A stretch of 60,858 nucleotides of DNA, counting the filler, from Thelocarpon superellum (Eukaryota): NCBI GenBank assembly GCA_026025795.1. It is 2 parts of 2 records of this genome, joined end to end, with 100 filler letters (N's around TTAATTAATTAA, not from the genome) between each part and the next. Parts side by side here need not be neighbours in the genome. Positions count along the whole stretch, not along the records: positions 30,542 to 60,858 come from JAPEUG010000204.1; 1 more part is not named here. One strand, 5' to 3'. Below the pieces are notes generated by a model. The model saw only the letters and a program-made list of their open reading frames with translations, was not told the DNA's origin and searched no databases. The translations under genes were made by a program, and so were the position numbers. Shown one piece after another: positions 60,301 through 60,858 of the stretch; the stretch's first letter is position 1, and each line of letters opens with the position of its first letter.

Positions 60301-60858
60301 GACGGCGGACTTGCTGGATCTGGAAGTCACGGGGGTGACTTCGCTGCGCAGGAGGGATGGGTTTGGAGACGGTGAGTGATGGGTCCACTGGTCCCATGTG
60401 GTATCGACGCTGCTCCACTGCTGTGACGGAAGCACCTTCTGCCTGATCAGGCTGAACTAGCGGTGGACCACCCACTGGATGCTCCGGTGGCGCGGGTGCG
60501 GTTGGCGGTGACCGCACCCTTGCTGCCTCTCTCTCTTTCGCCGGCGACTTGGCCAATAACCGGGCGGGGTCGTGGATGAAGGTACAGCGGTCCCCCGCCC
60601 GGCAGCCTATACATCGTGCCGGTCAGCGTCGCGGGGGAGATGAGCCCGTGAGATCAAATGCGTCGAATGGCTCGTGGGGGCGCCATGAGAATTGATTCTA
60701 GACCGCCGAGGGAGCAGTGAGCGCCACTCACCTGTCAAACTACCGTAGTAACGGCAGTGATGCTTCTTTTTGGGTGGTGGCGTTGATGCCAACGCATCAC
60801 CTCCTGAAGATCCGCGTCAGCGTGAGCAGATGACCTGACGTGCAGCGCAGATCCGCCA
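57374..60858 (-). CDS. CCCH zinc finger / RWD-like / CHY zinc finger protein, 5' end outside the window (about 13 introns)
   Basis: Spliced CRYYGSLTGCRAGDRCTFIH (C-x8-C-x5-C-x3-H); PSDPDFPFEL...VPSTYP; several CxxC pairs; CHY motif GRCSHYSKSYRWFRFSCCAKVYACDKCHD...MICGFCSREQ; ends GFWEGGKGTRDKTRMSRKDPRKYKRRAN. Confidence 0.9.
57935..57942 (-). other. 8-nt microexon (CGGTTTCT) of the CHY gene
   Basis: Flanked by CTGAT...GCAG and GTAGGT; supplies the missing bases for MIC-GF-CSREQ. Confidence 0.88.
58850..58902 (-). other. Probable GC-AG intron (53 nt) with weak GCAGGG donor in the CHY gene
   Basis: CCCAG|GCAGGG...CTGAC...CCAG|TCAC gives DMLPSHFLPTC; nearby GT donors are in the wrong phase or give a 32-nt intron. 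Confidence 0.7.

Noticed and set aside
1..60858. tRNA, rRNA, CRISPR arrays, transposase/RT genes, RIP-like AT-rich blocks, stwintrons
   Set aside because: None seen by eye; short repeats lack spacers and the DNA is eukaryotic. A tRNAscan-SE/Infernal run would be needed to exclude small ncRNAs.

Overview
Eukaryotic, GC-rich, intron-containing DNA from a filamentous ascomycete (Pezizomycotina-like genes; short introns with GTRNGT donors, CTRAC/CTRAY branch points, YAG acceptors). Two contigs are joined by an artificial 100-nt spacer (N44-TTAATTAATTAA-N44, 30442-30541). Left contig: a PHD-finger/Myb-like gene, the divergent FTR1/FET3 reductive iron uptake pair with a promoter rich in ATCWGATAA (SreA-type) sites, an orphan secreted protein, URA3/pyrG, a BTB-like protein, a vWA protein, a hypothetical protein, SUR2, TCTP, a CBM-like protein, an F-box protein and the 3' end of a long-chain alcohol oxidase. 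Right contig: BAR/PH (Slm1-like) protein, CreD-like arrestin, CreC, GEM1, a secreted protein, ZDS1, an ArfGAP, MsrB, a CUE/Smr protein, a DUF4246 protein and a 5'-truncated CCCH/CHY zinc-finger gene. The most striking signal is non-canonical splicing: a 51-nt AT-AC intron with U2-type signals just before the last copper-binding motif of FET3, plus three GC-AG introns and an 8-nt microexon. All exon structures were derived by eye and family names are from motif recognition, not database searches.
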